DNA of 64,000 nt from Pirellulales bacterium (GTDB lineage Bacteria; Planctomycetota; Planctomycetia; Pirellulales; JBGAPH01), in NCBI GenBank assembly GCA_046349955.1, contig JAXMBI010000009.1, positions 147,443 through 211,442 on the forward strand, given 5' to 3'. Of this stretch, positions 32,349-41,935 are shown one piece after another. How positions within the stretch are numbered: the first letter of the stretch is position 1; each line of letters begins with the position of its first letter. The notes beneath the pieces were generated by a model. It saw nothing but the letters and a program-made list of their open reading frames with translations. It was not told the origin of the DNA and searched no databases. A program made the position numbers and the translations under genes.

Positions 32349-33101
32349 ATGTACAGGCGGATTTGCACGGCCCTGTGGGCCTGCCTTCTCGTGGCAGCCC
32401 CCGTCTCAGGAGCCGAGACCATCGTTCTGCAAAGCGGCTTCGACGAACAGAACTCGGTTTCGTGGTCGCCAGGGCAGTTCGACGCGGGGCTGACCTACCT
32501 CACGACAGGCACTTCCGCGTCCCCCTTCGGCTCAGCCTTCTCGGCCGCCGATTTTCTCGCGGCGCAAAACGGGAAGACGGCCTATACGATCGCCCCCCTG
32601 GTTCAGAACAACTTCCAGATCTACGCGCCGTCGTTGTTCGCGCCCTACCCGCTCGCGCAGTGGATCAACACGGGGCCGACGGCGCTGACTCCCTACACAA
32701 CCCTCTACGCCCTGCCGTTCCAAGTGGCCACCACGAACATCACGAGCGCTTCGCTGAGCATGAAGTGGGCGGTCGACGATTCGCTGGGCGACGCCACGAG
32801 CAGCGGCCCCAATCCCGTGGGCGTCTACCTCAACGGCACAGCCGTGCCCTCGGCGATTTCGGGGGGCGATCTGAAGCTGTTGACGACGGCCTTCGATCCG
32901 AACATCGGCCCGTTGCTGCAAACGGGGCAGAATTGGCTGTACATCTACGATCGCGAGCTTGGCGGCCCCGGGGCCGCCGGCGTGATGTTCGGAGCCACCA
33001 TCACCGTCGTGCCGGAGCCGGCCGCCGCGGCACTCGCCGGAATTGGCATGCTGCTGTTCGCGGGCATCGCGCGACGCCGGCGTCAAATCGGCGGAAGCTG
33101 A
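32349..33101 (+). CDS. PEP-CTERM sorting-domain exported protein
   Basis: Signal peptide MYRRICTALWACLLVAAPVSGAE. The C-terminus is VPEPAAAALAGIGMLLFAGIARRRR, i.e. a PEP motif, a TM helix and an Arg cluster. Confidence 0.8.
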   Translation: MYRRICTALWACLLVAAPVSGAETIVLQSGFDEQNSVSWSPGQFDAGLTYLTTGTSASPFGSAFSAADFLAAQNGKTAYTIAPLVQNNFQIYAPSLFAPYPLAQWINTGPTALTPYTTLYALPFQVATTNITSASLSMKWAVDDSLGDATSSGPNPVGVYLNGTAVPSAISGGDLKLLTTAFDPNIGPLLQTGQNWLYIYDRELGGPGAAGVMFGATITVVPEPAAAALAGIGMLLFAGIARRRRQIGGS

Positions 33102-33120
33102 GCGGCGGCGCCAAGAGCGG

Positions 33121-34155
33121 CTAGGCGTGGGCCTTGGCCAGCGTCGATTCGTAGCGGCCGAAGATCATCCGCCCGGCGCTCGTTTGCAGCACGCTGGTGA
33201 CGCCGATCCGCACGCTCTGGCCAATGTAGTCGCGGCCCCCTTCGACCACGATCATCGTGCCGTCGTCGAGATAGCCCACGCCCTGGCCAGGCTCCTCTCC
33301 CGCCTTGACGATCCGCACCTCGACGCTTTCCCCCGGCAAGAACACCGGCTTGAGCGCGTTGGCCAGGTCATTGAGGTTGATCACCCCCACGCCGTGCAGG
33401 CGCGCGACCTTGTTCAGGTTGTAGTCGCCGGTGACGACCTTTCCCTCGAGGTGCTTGGCCAGCGTGACCAGCTTGAGGTCGACCGACTGCCCGGCGAACT
33501 CCGGCAACTCGCGGTCGAAGATCTTGAGATCGACCTTTGGGTTGGCCCGCAGACGGTTGAGGATGTCGAGCCCGCGGCGGCCGCGGCTGCGGCGCATGCG
33601 ATCGCTGCTGTCGGCGATCGCCTGCAATTCGCTGATCACGAACCGGGGCATGATGAGCTGATTGTCCAGCACCTCGGTTTCCACGACGTCGGCGATGCGG
33701 CCGTCGATCACCACGCTGGTGTCGAGCACGTAGGGCTTGAGCCCCTTCACTTCCTTGGCGAACTCCACATACGGAATGATGAAGCGGAAGTCGTCTTTGG
33801 TCTGAATCAACAGGCTGATGCAGCCGTAGCACAGGATCACCGCCAAGAGGGCATTCACCCAGGCCGGCGTGCCCAACAGGACGTCCTGGACGAGCGGATT
33901 GATGGCCAGCCCCAAGATGTAGGTGAGGAACAGCCCGACGACGAGCCCAAAGTAAACGGCCGAAATGGTTTCCAGCCGCTTTTTCGGCACCAGAATATCG
34001 AGCACCACCACGCCGATGGCCAAGCCAATCACGCCGGCAAACGCGCTCCACGCTACGTAGCCGCGGTTGGTCACCTCCCCCAACTGCTGGGCGACGATCG
34101 TCGCCACGCCGGCCGCCGCCAGCATAAAGATGAACCGGAGTACGAGCAGCGGCAT
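33121..34155 (-). CDS. PIN/TRAM domain membrane protein (YacL-like)
   Basis: Start at ATG 34155 (MPLLVLRFIFMLAAAG). It has 4 N-terminal TM helices, a PIN domain (KPYVLDTSVVIDGRI...VTGDYNLNKVARLHGV) and a C-terminal TRAM domain (GESVEVRIVKAGEEPGQGVGYLDDGTMIVVEGG). Confidence 0.85.
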   Translation of the reverse strand: MPLLVLRFIFMLAAAGVATIVAQQLGEVTNRGYVAWSAFAGVIGLAIGVVVLDILVPKKRLETISAVYFGLVVGLFLTYILGLAINPLVQDVLLGTPAWVNALLAVILCYGCISLLIQTKDDFRFIIPYVEFAKEVKGLKPYVLDTSVVIDGRIADVVETEVLDNQLIMPRFVISELQAIADSSDRMRRSRGRRGLDILNRLRANPKVDLKIFDRELPEFAGQSVDLKLVTLAKHLEGKVVTGDYNLNKVARLHGVGVINLNDLANALKPVFLPGESVEVRIVKAGEEPGQGVGYLDDGTMIVVEGGRDYIGQSVRIGVTSVLQTSAGRMIFGRYESTLAKAHA

Positions 34156-34447
34156 GGTAGGCGTGCAAACGGCCAGGGGGGTCGGGCGCCCGGCCAACGG
34201 CCGCAGCGTTCCTCCCCATTCTATCCAGTCTGGGCGGCCAAACTCTATGGTCTCTGGCGCCAACGGCCGATGCCGTTTTCCCGGGCAGCCGCCAACTTGC
34301 CGAATTTAGGCGTTCTACCGCTCAGAAGGACGACCGGCCAGCGGCCTGTTTTTGGGGTCGGCGGAGCTTGTCGCGGACGTTGTTGTTCCCAGAATGACCG
34401 AACTCTGCAGCGACCAACTTCCTGCCTAGCCCCGGCGAAAGAGCAGT

Positions 34448-35353
34448 GTGACCATGCGCGTCTTTTACAGTCCTGCCTATGTCGCGGCTGGGTTTTCCTT
34501 CGAAACCACGCTTAAGGCCAGTTGGGTTGCGGCGTCGCTGGATGCCGAGCCGATTGCTGGCGTCGAGCTTGTCGAGCCAAATCCCCTTGCTCGCGACCAA
34601 CTCCTCGCGGTCCATGACGCCCACTACGTGCGCGCCATCGAAACGGGCGAGCCGCGCGAATTGGCCGAATCGCAGAGCTTCGCTTGGGACGCTGCCCTCT
34701 GGCCTGCGATGCTGGCGTCCAACGGCGGCGCGGTCGCGGCGGCGCTCGCGGCGCTCGAAGACGGCGTGGCCGGCTCGCTCTCGAGCGGGTTGCACCATGC
34801 CAAGCGCAGCTCGGGCGACGGCTTCTGCACGTTCAATGGCCTTGTGCTTGCCGCTCGCGCAGCCTTGGCCGCCGGCGCTGGGAGCGTGCTGATCCTCGAC
34901 CTCGATGCCCATTGCGGCGGCGGCACGGCTTCGCTGATCGGCGACGAACCGCGGATCACGCAATTCGACGTCTCCACGAGCCACTTCGACCAGTATCGTG
35001 ACACGGCCCAAGCGCGGCTGGCCATGGTCGACAGCGCGGCGCAATACATGGATTGCGTTCGACGAGCCCTGGACGATGCAAACGCCCTCGGCGTCGCCTA
35101 CGATCTGTGCCTTTACAACGCCGGAATGGACCCTTACGAAGGTTGCCCGGTCGGCGGCCTGCCGCGCATCGATCGAGAGATGCTCGCCGAACGGGAACGG
35201 CGGGTCTTCGCTTGGTGCGCCGAGCGGCGCTTGCCCGTGGCGTTCGTGCTCGCCGGCGGCTATCTGGGGCCGCGGCTCGATCGGGCGAAACTGGTCGGCC
35301 TGCACCGGCTAACCCTGACTGCCGCGGCGGGCATGTCTTGGCGTCCCGCCTAG
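34448..35353 (+). CDS. Histone deacetylase-family (arginase/deacetylase superfamily) amidohydrolase
   Basis: Motifs SGLHHAKRSSGDGFCTFNG and ILDLDAHCGGGT. The track start is GTG 34448; ATG 34454 is an alternative. Confidence 0.85.
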   Translation: MTMRVFYSPAYVAAGFSFETTLKASWVAASLDAEPIAGVELVEPNPLARDQLLAVHDAHYVRAIETGEPRELAESQSFAWDAALWPAMLASNGGAVAAALAALEDGVAGSLSSGLHHAKRSSGDGFCTFNGLVLAARAALAAGAGSVLILDLDAHCGGGTASLIGDEPRITQFDVSTSHFDQYRDTAQARLAMVDSAAQYMDCVRRALDDANALGVAYDLCLYNAGMDPYEGCPVGGLPRIDREMLAERERRVFAWCAERRLPVAFVLAGGYLGPRLDRAKLVGLHRLTLTAAAGMSWRPA

Positions 35354-35409
35354 TGCTGCGTCACAGCGAGAAGTTCGGGGCGCCCTCCGCTACGAGCCCG
35401 CAGCGCTAG

Positions 35410-35746
35410 TTTTGAAGTTGCGCTTTGGCATCTGCGAAGCGTGAGGCGCGGCATGCAGCCCCGGCAGGGGCGACCCGAGAATAGCCCCGGGCAAGGCCGG
35501 CGCAAGCCTGACGCCGCCCGGGGTTACGCTGGCAAGCAGTCCTGCGCTGGCAAGCAGTTCTTGTGTCGCCCCTGCGGGGCTTTGTTCCCTTCTTCTCACG
35601 GACCCCGGGCTGCGGTCAGCTCACTCTGCCCTGGCCCGGGGCTATTCTCGGGTCGCCCCTGCCGGGGCTGCACGTAGCCTTGCTCGCTCCAAGAGCAAAA
35701 CGCTTGATCCATGCCCCCACTTCCAACCAAAAGCGCAACTTCAAAA
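35410..35746. repeat. Composite inverted repeat with a perfect 38-bp core
   Basis: Core TGCAGCCCCGGCAGGGGCGACCCGAGAATAGCCCCGGG at 35454-35491 has its exact reverse complement at 35635-35672. Outer arms are TTTTGAAGTTGCGCTTTGG (35410-35428) and its complement (35727-35746). The spacer contains GCTGGCAAGCAGT twice. Confidence 0.9.
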
Positions 35747-35761
35747 AGCGCAAGCTAGGAG

Positions 35762-35831
35762 GAGCCACGTTTCCCTGGCCCAGCCTCGCGGACCCCTGCA
35801 CGGGCCGGACTGCATTTTCCGCCTGCGCGCG
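35762..35831 (+). repeat. Dispersed ~70-bp repeat, copy 1 (second copy 56365-56434)
   Basis: GAGCCACGTTTCCCTGGCCCAGCCTCGCGGACCCCTGCACGGGCCGGACTGCATTTTCCGCCTGCGCGCG compares with GAGCCACGCGTCCCTGGTCAAGTCTCGCGGACCCCTGTACGGGCCGGGGAGCATTTTCAGCCAGCGCGCC. Same orientation, roughly 80% identical by eye. Confidence 0.8.
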
Positions 35832-35918
35832 AAAAAGCGCTCGCGCACCTCGCTCGCGCTCTCGCTCTCGCGCTGCGGGCTCGTGTGGCACGACCCGAAA
35901 AGAAGCGATGACGCTGCA

Positions 35919-36281
35919 CTAGCCCTGCAGCAGTTCGACCATCTTGGCCGGATCGGCCGGCTTGAGCAGATGGTGGTCGAAGCCCGCCTCGGCCGAGCGG
36001 CGGCGGTCTTCGTCTTGCCCATAGCCCGAGAGAGCCAGCAGCCGTAGTTCCGCGCCCCGCGCCGCCCGCAGCGTGCGGGCGACTTCGTAGCCGTCCATGC
36101 CAGGGAGGCCGATGTCGAGCAGCACAGCCGCCGGCACGAATTCGGCGGCGGCCTTGAGCGCTTCGGGCCCCGAATGCGCGAGCCGCACCTCAAACCCCAA
36201 CGCGTTCAGCAGCAAGCCGGTGACGCGCGCGGAGTCGACGTTGTCGTCGACGACCAATACGCGTTTGGCGGCGTTAGGCAT
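35919..36281 (-). CDS. Single-domain response regulator (CheY-like receiver)
   Basis: MPNAAKRVLVVDDNVDSARV...AVLLDIGLPGMDGYEVAR...ALSGYGQDEDRRRSAEAGFDHHLLKP. The acidic pocket, phospho-acceptor Asp and conserved Lys are present. ATG at 36281. Confidence 0.9.
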   Translation of the reverse strand: MPNAAKRVLVVDDNVDSARVTGLLLNALGFEVRLAHSGPEALKAAAEFVPAAVLLDIGLPGMDGYEVARTLRAARGAELRLLALSGYGQDEDRRRSAEAGFDHHLLKPADPAKMVELLQG

Positions 36282-36647
36282 GGGCAAGAGAGCGAAGGTT
36301 GGGTACTCGGTCCGACATCGGGCTTCATAACGTCCACATCGTACCAAACCGCCCCCCTACTGGGCCATGTGCGCGATGCCGAGCGGCAATTGCGGGCGGC
36401 CTTCCTTGATTCTTAGCGTGAGCGGTTTCGAGCCCCCGGCTCTCGCCTAGCCCTCTCCCAAGGGGCCCGAGGGGCGAGAATCAAGTCGGGCCTGTAATCC
36501 TTGCCCCCCGCGGCCCGGTTGCTTAGTCTGAGGGGAGCGGAGTGGGACTGGCGTCGGCTCGGGTCCTGCCCGTCCCGCCTCCCTTGCCTGTCATCAGGGC
36601 TGCCCCCGCGGCTCTGGCCTGCCTCACCTCTTTGGAGCTTCCGGCGC

Positions 36648-38969
36648 ATGAATGCATCGCGCGGCGCCCTTTCCAGCGGTTTTCGGCTCGCGTTTCGCGG
36701 CGTGCTCGGCGTTCTCGTGGCGAGCGCCGCCGGTACGGCGCTGGCCCAAGCGCCCGCGGTTTCGTCGATCACCCCCTGGGCAGTCCCTCCAGGCGGCTCA
36801 GCCGACCTGACGATCGCCGGCGGCAACCTCCAAGACGCCACAGGGGTGTGGACTAATCTGGCGTGCAGCGTCGACCTGGCCCCCGGCGTCGAGAACAACG
36901 GCAAGACGCCCGAACGCGTGGTCTACCGCGTGACGGCGCCCAGCGAGGCCGCGGTCGGCATCTACGGTCTCCGCGTCGCCACGCAGCGCGGCATCTCGCC
37001 GCTGCGGCTGTTCATGGTCGACGATCTGCCCAGCATCGCCGAGAACGGCCAAAATCATTCGCCAGAGACTGCCCAGCAAGCGCCCATTCCCGTGGCGATC
37101 GACGGCGCGTGCGATCCGCAGGCGATGGACTACTACAAGTTCGATGCCCGCGCCGGCCAGAAGCTGACGCTCGAGGCCGTCGCCCGACGGCTGGGGTCGA
37201 AGCTCGACCCGATGCTTCGGGTGCTCGGGCCCGAAGGCCGGGAACTCGCCTACAGCGACGACGAGGAAGGTCTCGGGGCTGACGGCCGCGTGCGGCTGAC
37301 GATTCCGGCCGACGGAACCTACCTCGTCGAGATCCGCGACATCCGCTACGACGGCGGCGGCGAGCACCGCTACCGGCTGCGGATTGGCGATTACCCGCTC
37401 GTCTCGGTTCCCTATCCGCTGGCGGTTCGCGCGGGAACAAAGGGCGCGGTCGAATTCTGCGGCAACGTGGCCGACGAGCTGGCGTTCGAGACGAAGTCCA
37501 TCGTCGCGCCCGCCGCCGGCGGCCTCCTGCCTGTTTCCCTCCGCTGGCCGCAAGGACAGGGTTCGGCCTTCACCACGCTCGAGATCAGCGATCTACCGGA
37601 GTGCCTGGAGTTCGAGCCCAACGACACGCCGGAGACCGCCGTGGCGATCGCCGCGCCGTCGGCGGTGAACGGGCGCTTCGACAAGCCGCGCGACCGCGAC
37701 CAATACCGCTTCGACGCCAAGGCGGGGCAGCGTTTCCGCTTCACGGCGCACACGCGGCGGCTCGGTTCTCCCAGCGATCTCTACCTGCGCGTGTACAACT
37801 CCGAGGGGGGCCAACTCGCCGAGGCCGACGACTCGGGCCGCGACGACGTCGTGCTCGATTTCACGGCCCCGGCCGATGGGCAGTTTCGCCTGGCGGTCGA
37901 AGATCTGAACCGCCGCGGCGGGCCGCAGCATGCGTATCGACTCGAGTGCGTGGCCTATGAGCCGGGCTTTACGCTCTCGGTCGAGGCCGAGAAATTCGAT
38001 GTCCCCCACGCCGGCGTATTGGCGGCCAAGGTGACGAGCGGCCGCCGCGACTACAACGGCCCGATCGCGCTGGCGATCGAAGGGCTGCCGGAGGGGAGCA
38101 AGGTCGATGGAGCGACGATCGCCGAAGGGCAGAACGAAGCGAATCTGCGGGTGACGCTGCCGGCCAGCGCCGCGGCGGGAACCTTCGCCGCGCTCCGCAT
38201 CGTGGGCACGGCCAAGGTCGGCGAGCAAACGCTGAGCGCGGTAGCTACGGCCGAAGACGCGCTGCGCGATCCGCTGGGAGGTCAGCCCTTCCCCCCCGCA
38301 GACCTCTCGCGCGCGATCGGCCTGGGCATCGGCGGCGATTTCCCGCCGTTCCTCAAGCTGTCGGTCGATGGCGACGCGGCGGTGCTGCCGCAGTTGGCCG
38401 GAGGCGCCAACCTGGTCGTCAAGCTGGAGCGCAGCAACGGCTTCGACGGCGACGTGCCGTTGGCGGTGAGCCTCTTGCCCAGCGGCGTGTCGCTCGAAGC
38501 CAAGCCGATCGAAAAGGGGAAGAACGAGGTGACGCTCGCGATCAAGGCGCCCGAAGGATTGGCCCCTGGCGAATACCGCGCGCAGCTGACGGCCACGGCG
38601 ACGCACCAGAACCAGCCCGGTAAGGCTGAGCTCTCCGTGCCGCTGCGGATCGTGGCCCCAGCAACGGCGGCCATCGCACCGGCCGGGGCGCTCCCCGCCG
38701 GCGGAACTCAAAAAGTGAAGATCACGCTCACGCGGCTGGGCGAAGGGCATGGTCCGGCGAAGATCGAATGGCGCGGCCTGCCGCCAGGCGTGACGGCGCC
38801 CGAAACCGAACTGCCCGCGGACAAGCCGGAGGTCGAGGTGGAGTTCGCCGCCGCGGCTGATGCGCCCAAGGGCACGTACGCGATTCGGGCCGTAGTGCAT
38901 TACCAGGTGCGCGGCCGCATGCTGACCGCGGCCACCCCCGAGGTGGCCCTGGAGATTGCCGGGCAGTAG
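36648..38969 (+). CDS. Secreted multi-domain protein with two pre-peptidase C-terminal (PPC)-like domains
   Basis: Signal peptide (VLGVLVASAAGTALAQA). Two units of the PPC pattern are present (DYYKFDARAGQKLTLEAVARRLGSKLDPMLRVLGPEGRELAYSDD... and DQYRFDAKAGQRFRFTAHTRRLGSPSDLYLRVYNSEGGQLAEADD...). It lies directly upstream of DUF1501 paralogue 3. ATG at 36648. Confidence 0.75.
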   Translation: MNASRGALSSGFRLAFRGVLGVLVASAAGTALAQAPAVSSITPWAVPPGGSADLTIAGGNLQDATGVWTNLACSVDLAPGVENNGKTPERVVYRVTAPSEAAVGIYGLRVATQRGISPLRLFMVDDLPSIAENGQNHSPETAQQAPIPVAIDGACDPQAMDYYKFDARAGQKLTLEAVARRLGSKLDPMLRVLGPEGRELAYSDDEEGLGADGRVRLTIPADGTYLVEIRDIRYDGGGEHRYRLRIGDYPLVSVPYPLAVRAGTKGAVEFCGNVADELAFETKSIVAPAAGGLLPVSLRWPQGQGSAFTTLEISDLPECLEFEPNDTPETAVAIAAPSAVNGRFDKPRDRDQYRFDAKAGQRFRFTAHTRRLGSPSDLYLRVYNSEGGQLAEADDSGRDDVVLDFTAPADGQFRLAVEDLNRRGGPQHAYRLECVAYEPGFTLSVEAEKFDVPHAGVLAAKVTSGRRDYNGPIALAIEGLPEGSKVDGATIAEGQNEANLRVTLPASAAAGTFAALRIVGTAKVGEQTLSAVATAEDALRDPLGGQPFPPADLSRAIGLGIGGDFPPFLKLSVDGDAAVLPQLAGGANLVVKLERSNGFDGDVPLAVSLLPSGVSLEAKPIEKGKNEVTLAIKAPEGLAPGEYRAQLTATATHQNQPGKAELSVPLRIVAPATAAIAPAGALPAGGTQKVKITLTRLGEGHGPAKIEWRGLPPGVTAPETELPADKPEVEVEFAAAADAPKGTYAIRAVVHYQVRGRMLTAATPEVALEIAGQ

Positions 38970-38999
38970 GCCGGCCGAGGAGAAGGAGGAGAGCGATTC

Positions 39000-40463
39000 A
39001 TGAGCTGCCCCGACTGCACGCCGAACATTCCGCACTTCAATCCGGAACCGGTGCTCTCGCGCCGCCAGATGTTGGCGCGCGGCGGCACGGGGCTCGGCAT
39101 GCTGGGACTCGCTGGTTTGCTCAATGCACCAGGAGCAGCCCGGGCCGCCGGCGGCTATGTGAATCCCATGGCGCCCAAGGCGCCGCACTTTCCGGCCAAG
39201 GCCAAGCACGTCATTCACCTGTTCATGAACGGTGGGCCGTCGCAGGTCGACACCTTCGACCCCAAGCCCAAGTTGGCTGAATACGCCGGCAAGATGCTGC
39301 CCTTCGAGAATCTACGGACCGAGCGCAAGACCGGCGCCGCCTTCCCTTCGCCGTTCAAGTTTCAGAAGTACGGGCAGTCGGGCATCGAGGTGAGCGAGAT
39401 CTTCGCCAACACCGCCCAGCACATCGACCACATCTGTGTGATTCGCTCGATGCAGGCCGAGGTGCCCAACCACGAGCCGTCGCTGATGCTCATGAACTGC
39501 GGCGAAGCCCGGCTCGTGCGCCCCAGCATGGGCTCCTGGGTCACCTATGGCCTGGGCACCGAGAACCAGAATCTGCCAGGCTTCATCGCCATGTGCCCCG
39601 GCGGTTACCCGATCAAGGATTCGCAGAACTGGCAGTCGGCGTTTCTGCCAGGCGTGTACCAAGGCACGCACATCAACACGCAGCATACCGACGTGGAGAA
39701 ACTCGTCGAGAACATCCGCAACCCGCACCTCTCGCCCGAAGCTCAGCGCAAACAGCTCGATCTGCTGCGGGCCCTCAACGAGCATCATGCCCTGGCCCGC
39801 CCCGGCGACGGCGCGCTCGAGGCGCAGATTCACTCCTATGAGCTGGCCTATCGGATGCAAATGGAGGCCAGCGACGCGTTCGACATCAGCCGCGAGCCGG
39901 AGGACGTGCTCAAGGCCTACGGAGACGGCGTGCAAGCTCGCCAGATCCTGATTGCCCGGCGGCTCATTGAGCGGGGCGTGCGCTACGTGCAGGTGTGGCA
40001 CGGCCAAGGGCAGCCTTGGGACAACCACGACGACATCGCCGAGAACCACCGCCGACTGGCCGGGCAGTGCGACCAGGCAATCGGCGCGCTGTTGGCCGAT
40101 CTCAAACGGCTGGGGCTGTTCGAGGAAACGATCGTGATGTGGGGGGGCGAATTCGGCCGCACGCCTACGGTCGAGCTGCCGCAAGAAGGGGCCAACGCCG
40201 GCAAGATCAACGGTCGCGACCACAACCCTTATGGGTTCACAATGTGGCTGGCCGGCGGCGGCGTAAAGGGGGGCCAGGTCTACGGCGCCACCGACGAGTT
40301 CGGCTTCCAGGCCGTGGAGAACAAGGTCCCCGTGCATGATCTGCACGCCACGCTCCTGCACCTCTTGGGTTTCGACCACACCAAGCTCACCTACCGCTAC
40401 GCCGGCCGCGATTTCCGGCTGACCGACGTCCATGGGCGGGTGATCAAAGAGCTCGTGGCATAG
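39000..40463 (+). CDS. DUF1501 domain protein, paralogue 3
   Basis: AGGAGGA lies upstream of ATG 39000. Motifs: LSRRQMLARGGTGLGMLGLAGL, IHLFMNGGPSQVDTFDPKP, GEFGRTP, GRDHNPYGFTMWLAGGGVKGG and DLHATLLHLLGFDHTKLTYRYAGRDFRLTDVHGRVI. Confidence 0.9.
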   Translation: MSCPDCTPNIPHFNPEPVLSRRQMLARGGTGLGMLGLAGLLNAPGAARAAGGYVNPMAPKAPHFPAKAKHVIHLFMNGGPSQVDTFDPKPKLAEYAGKMLPFENLRTERKTGAAFPSPFKFQKYGQSGIEVSEIFANTAQHIDHICVIRSMQAEVPNHEPSLMLMNCGEARLVRPSMGSWVTYGLGTENQNLPGFIAMCPGGYPIKDSQNWQSAFLPGVYQGTHINTQHTDVEKLVENIRNPHLSPEAQRKQLDLLRALNEHHALARPGDGALEAQIHSYELAYRMQMEASDAFDISREPEDVLKAYGDGVQARQILIARRLIERGVRYVQVWHGQGQPWDNHDDIAENHRRLAGQCDQAIGALLADLKRLGLFEETIVMWGGEFGRTPTVELPQEGANAGKINGRDHNPYGFTMWLAGGGVKGGQVYGATDEFGFQAVENKVPVHDLHATLLHLLGFDHTKLTYRYAGRDFRLTDVHGRVIKELVA

Positions 40464-40596
40464 CCGAGCCCGCCCAGCCTCGGGTCGCTCGCAAGCCGCG
40501 ACTTCTTGCCGGATAACGCCGAGCCGTTTTGACCCGCGCTTCACGGGGCATTAGACTTTGCCTCGACGGGCAGCACTGTCAGGCTCGGAGGTTCGC

Positions 40597-41868
40597 ATGC
40601 AACGGCGTCAGTTTCTCCGCTCTACCGCGCTGGCCGCTCTTAGCATGTCGGCGCTGTCGTACCGCCGTGTGTTGGGAGCGAACGACCGGATCCAACTGGG
40701 CATCATCGGCGCCGGCAATCGCGGCCAAGCGCTGTGGCAAGACTTCCTCTCGCAGGCCGATGTTGCGCCCGTGGCCGTCTGCGACGTGTACGAACCCTAT
40801 CGCGCCAAGGCTGTGGAAATGGCGGGCGGCGCCACGCCCAGCTATGGCGACTTCCGCCGCTTACTCGACCGGCCCGAGGTCAACGCGGTTATCGTTGCCA
40901 CGCCCGACCATTGGCATGCCCTGCCGACGATCGCGGCCTGCCAGGCGGGCAAGGACGTGTACGTCGAGAAGCCCTTGGCCCTCAAGATTCACGAGGGCCA
41001 ACTCATGCTCGAGGCTGCCCGCAAGCACAACCGCGTGGTGCAAACCGGCAGCCAGCAGCGTTCCGGCGCCCACTATGCCCGCGCGGTGGAGCTCGTACGC
41101 TCGGGCGCGCTTGGGCAAGTGTCGCACGTCAGCGCCGGCTTCGTGCGGAACGCGATGCCGGGTTTCGGAGCCCATCGCGTAACGGCGCCGCCGGCGGGGC
41201 TCGACTGGGATTTTTGGCTGGGCCCGGCGCCCTACCGCGAATCGCTGCCGCTAACGCCGCTCTATCACTTCCGCAACTTCTGGGACTACTCGGGCGGCCA
41301 GATGACTAACTTTGGCGCCCATGATCTCGACATCGTCCGCTGGGCGATGAACGTGCGCGGGCCGCAGGCGGTCGCCGGCTTTGGGCGGCGCTATGCCCTG
41401 AACGACGGCGGCGAAACGCCTGACGTGCAGGAGGTCATCTACCAGTTTCCCGACTTCGTGCTCAACTGGTCGGTGCGCGAGATGAACGGCGCGAAGGAGA
41501 AGATGATCCTCGAGTTCCATGGAACGAAGGGAACGCTGAGCGTCACGCGCCAGGGGTTCGAGCTGAAGCCCGAGGTGTGGACGCAGTCGGAGGATCCGCA
41601 GGCGCCACGCGGTCAGGAGATCGTCGATCCCGGCTCCGAGCAGGGGCTCGCGCACATCCGCAACTTCCTCGATTGCGTGAAATCGCGGGCACGGCCCAAC
41701 GCCGACATCGAAGAAGGGCACCGCACGGCGGCGCTGTGCCACTTGGGCAACATCGCCACACGCACCGGCAAGCAACTGCGCTGGGACGCCGACAACGAGC
41801 GCCTTATTGGCGACGACGCCCCGACCTCTTGGTTGAGCTACGCCTATCGAACGCCGTGGGCGCTCTGA
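40597..41868 (+). CDS. Gfo/Idh/MocA-family oxidoreductase with Tat signal
   Basis: MQRRQFLRSTALAALSMSAL leader, Rossmann motif IQLGIIGAGNRGQ, and EKPLA in the catalytic region. GGAG lies 6-7 nt upstream of ATG 40597. Confidence 0.9.
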   Translation: MQRRQFLRSTALAALSMSALSYRRVLGANDRIQLGIIGAGNRGQALWQDFLSQADVAPVAVCDVYEPYRAKAVEMAGGATPSYGDFRRLLDRPEVNAVIVATPDHWHALPTIAACQAGKDVYVEKPLALKIHEGQLMLEAARKHNRVVQTGSQQRSGAHYARAVELVRSGALGQVSHVSAGFVRNAMPGFGAHRVTAPPAGLDWDFWLGPAPYRESLPLTPLYHFRNFWDYSGGQMTNFGAHDLDIVRWAMNVRGPQAVAGFGRRYALNDGGETPDVQEVIYQFPDFVLNWSVREMNGAKEKMILEFHGTKGTLSVTRQGFELKPEVWTQSEDPQAPRGQEIVDPGSEQGLAHIRNFLDCVKSRARPNADIEEGHRTAALCHLGNIATRTGKQLRWDADNERLIGDDAPTSWLSYAYRTPWAL

Positions 41869-41935
41869 CGAGACGGAGCGGGGCTCGTTGGCCGCGATCA
41901 TCGCAAGACTTTAGCCCGGGCGTGGTGGACGAGCA

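Noticed and set aside
37593-39218. 541-aa ORF antisense to the PPC-domain gene and the DUF1501 start
   Set aside because: Antisense shadow crossing a gene boundary. Arg-rich nonsense composition.
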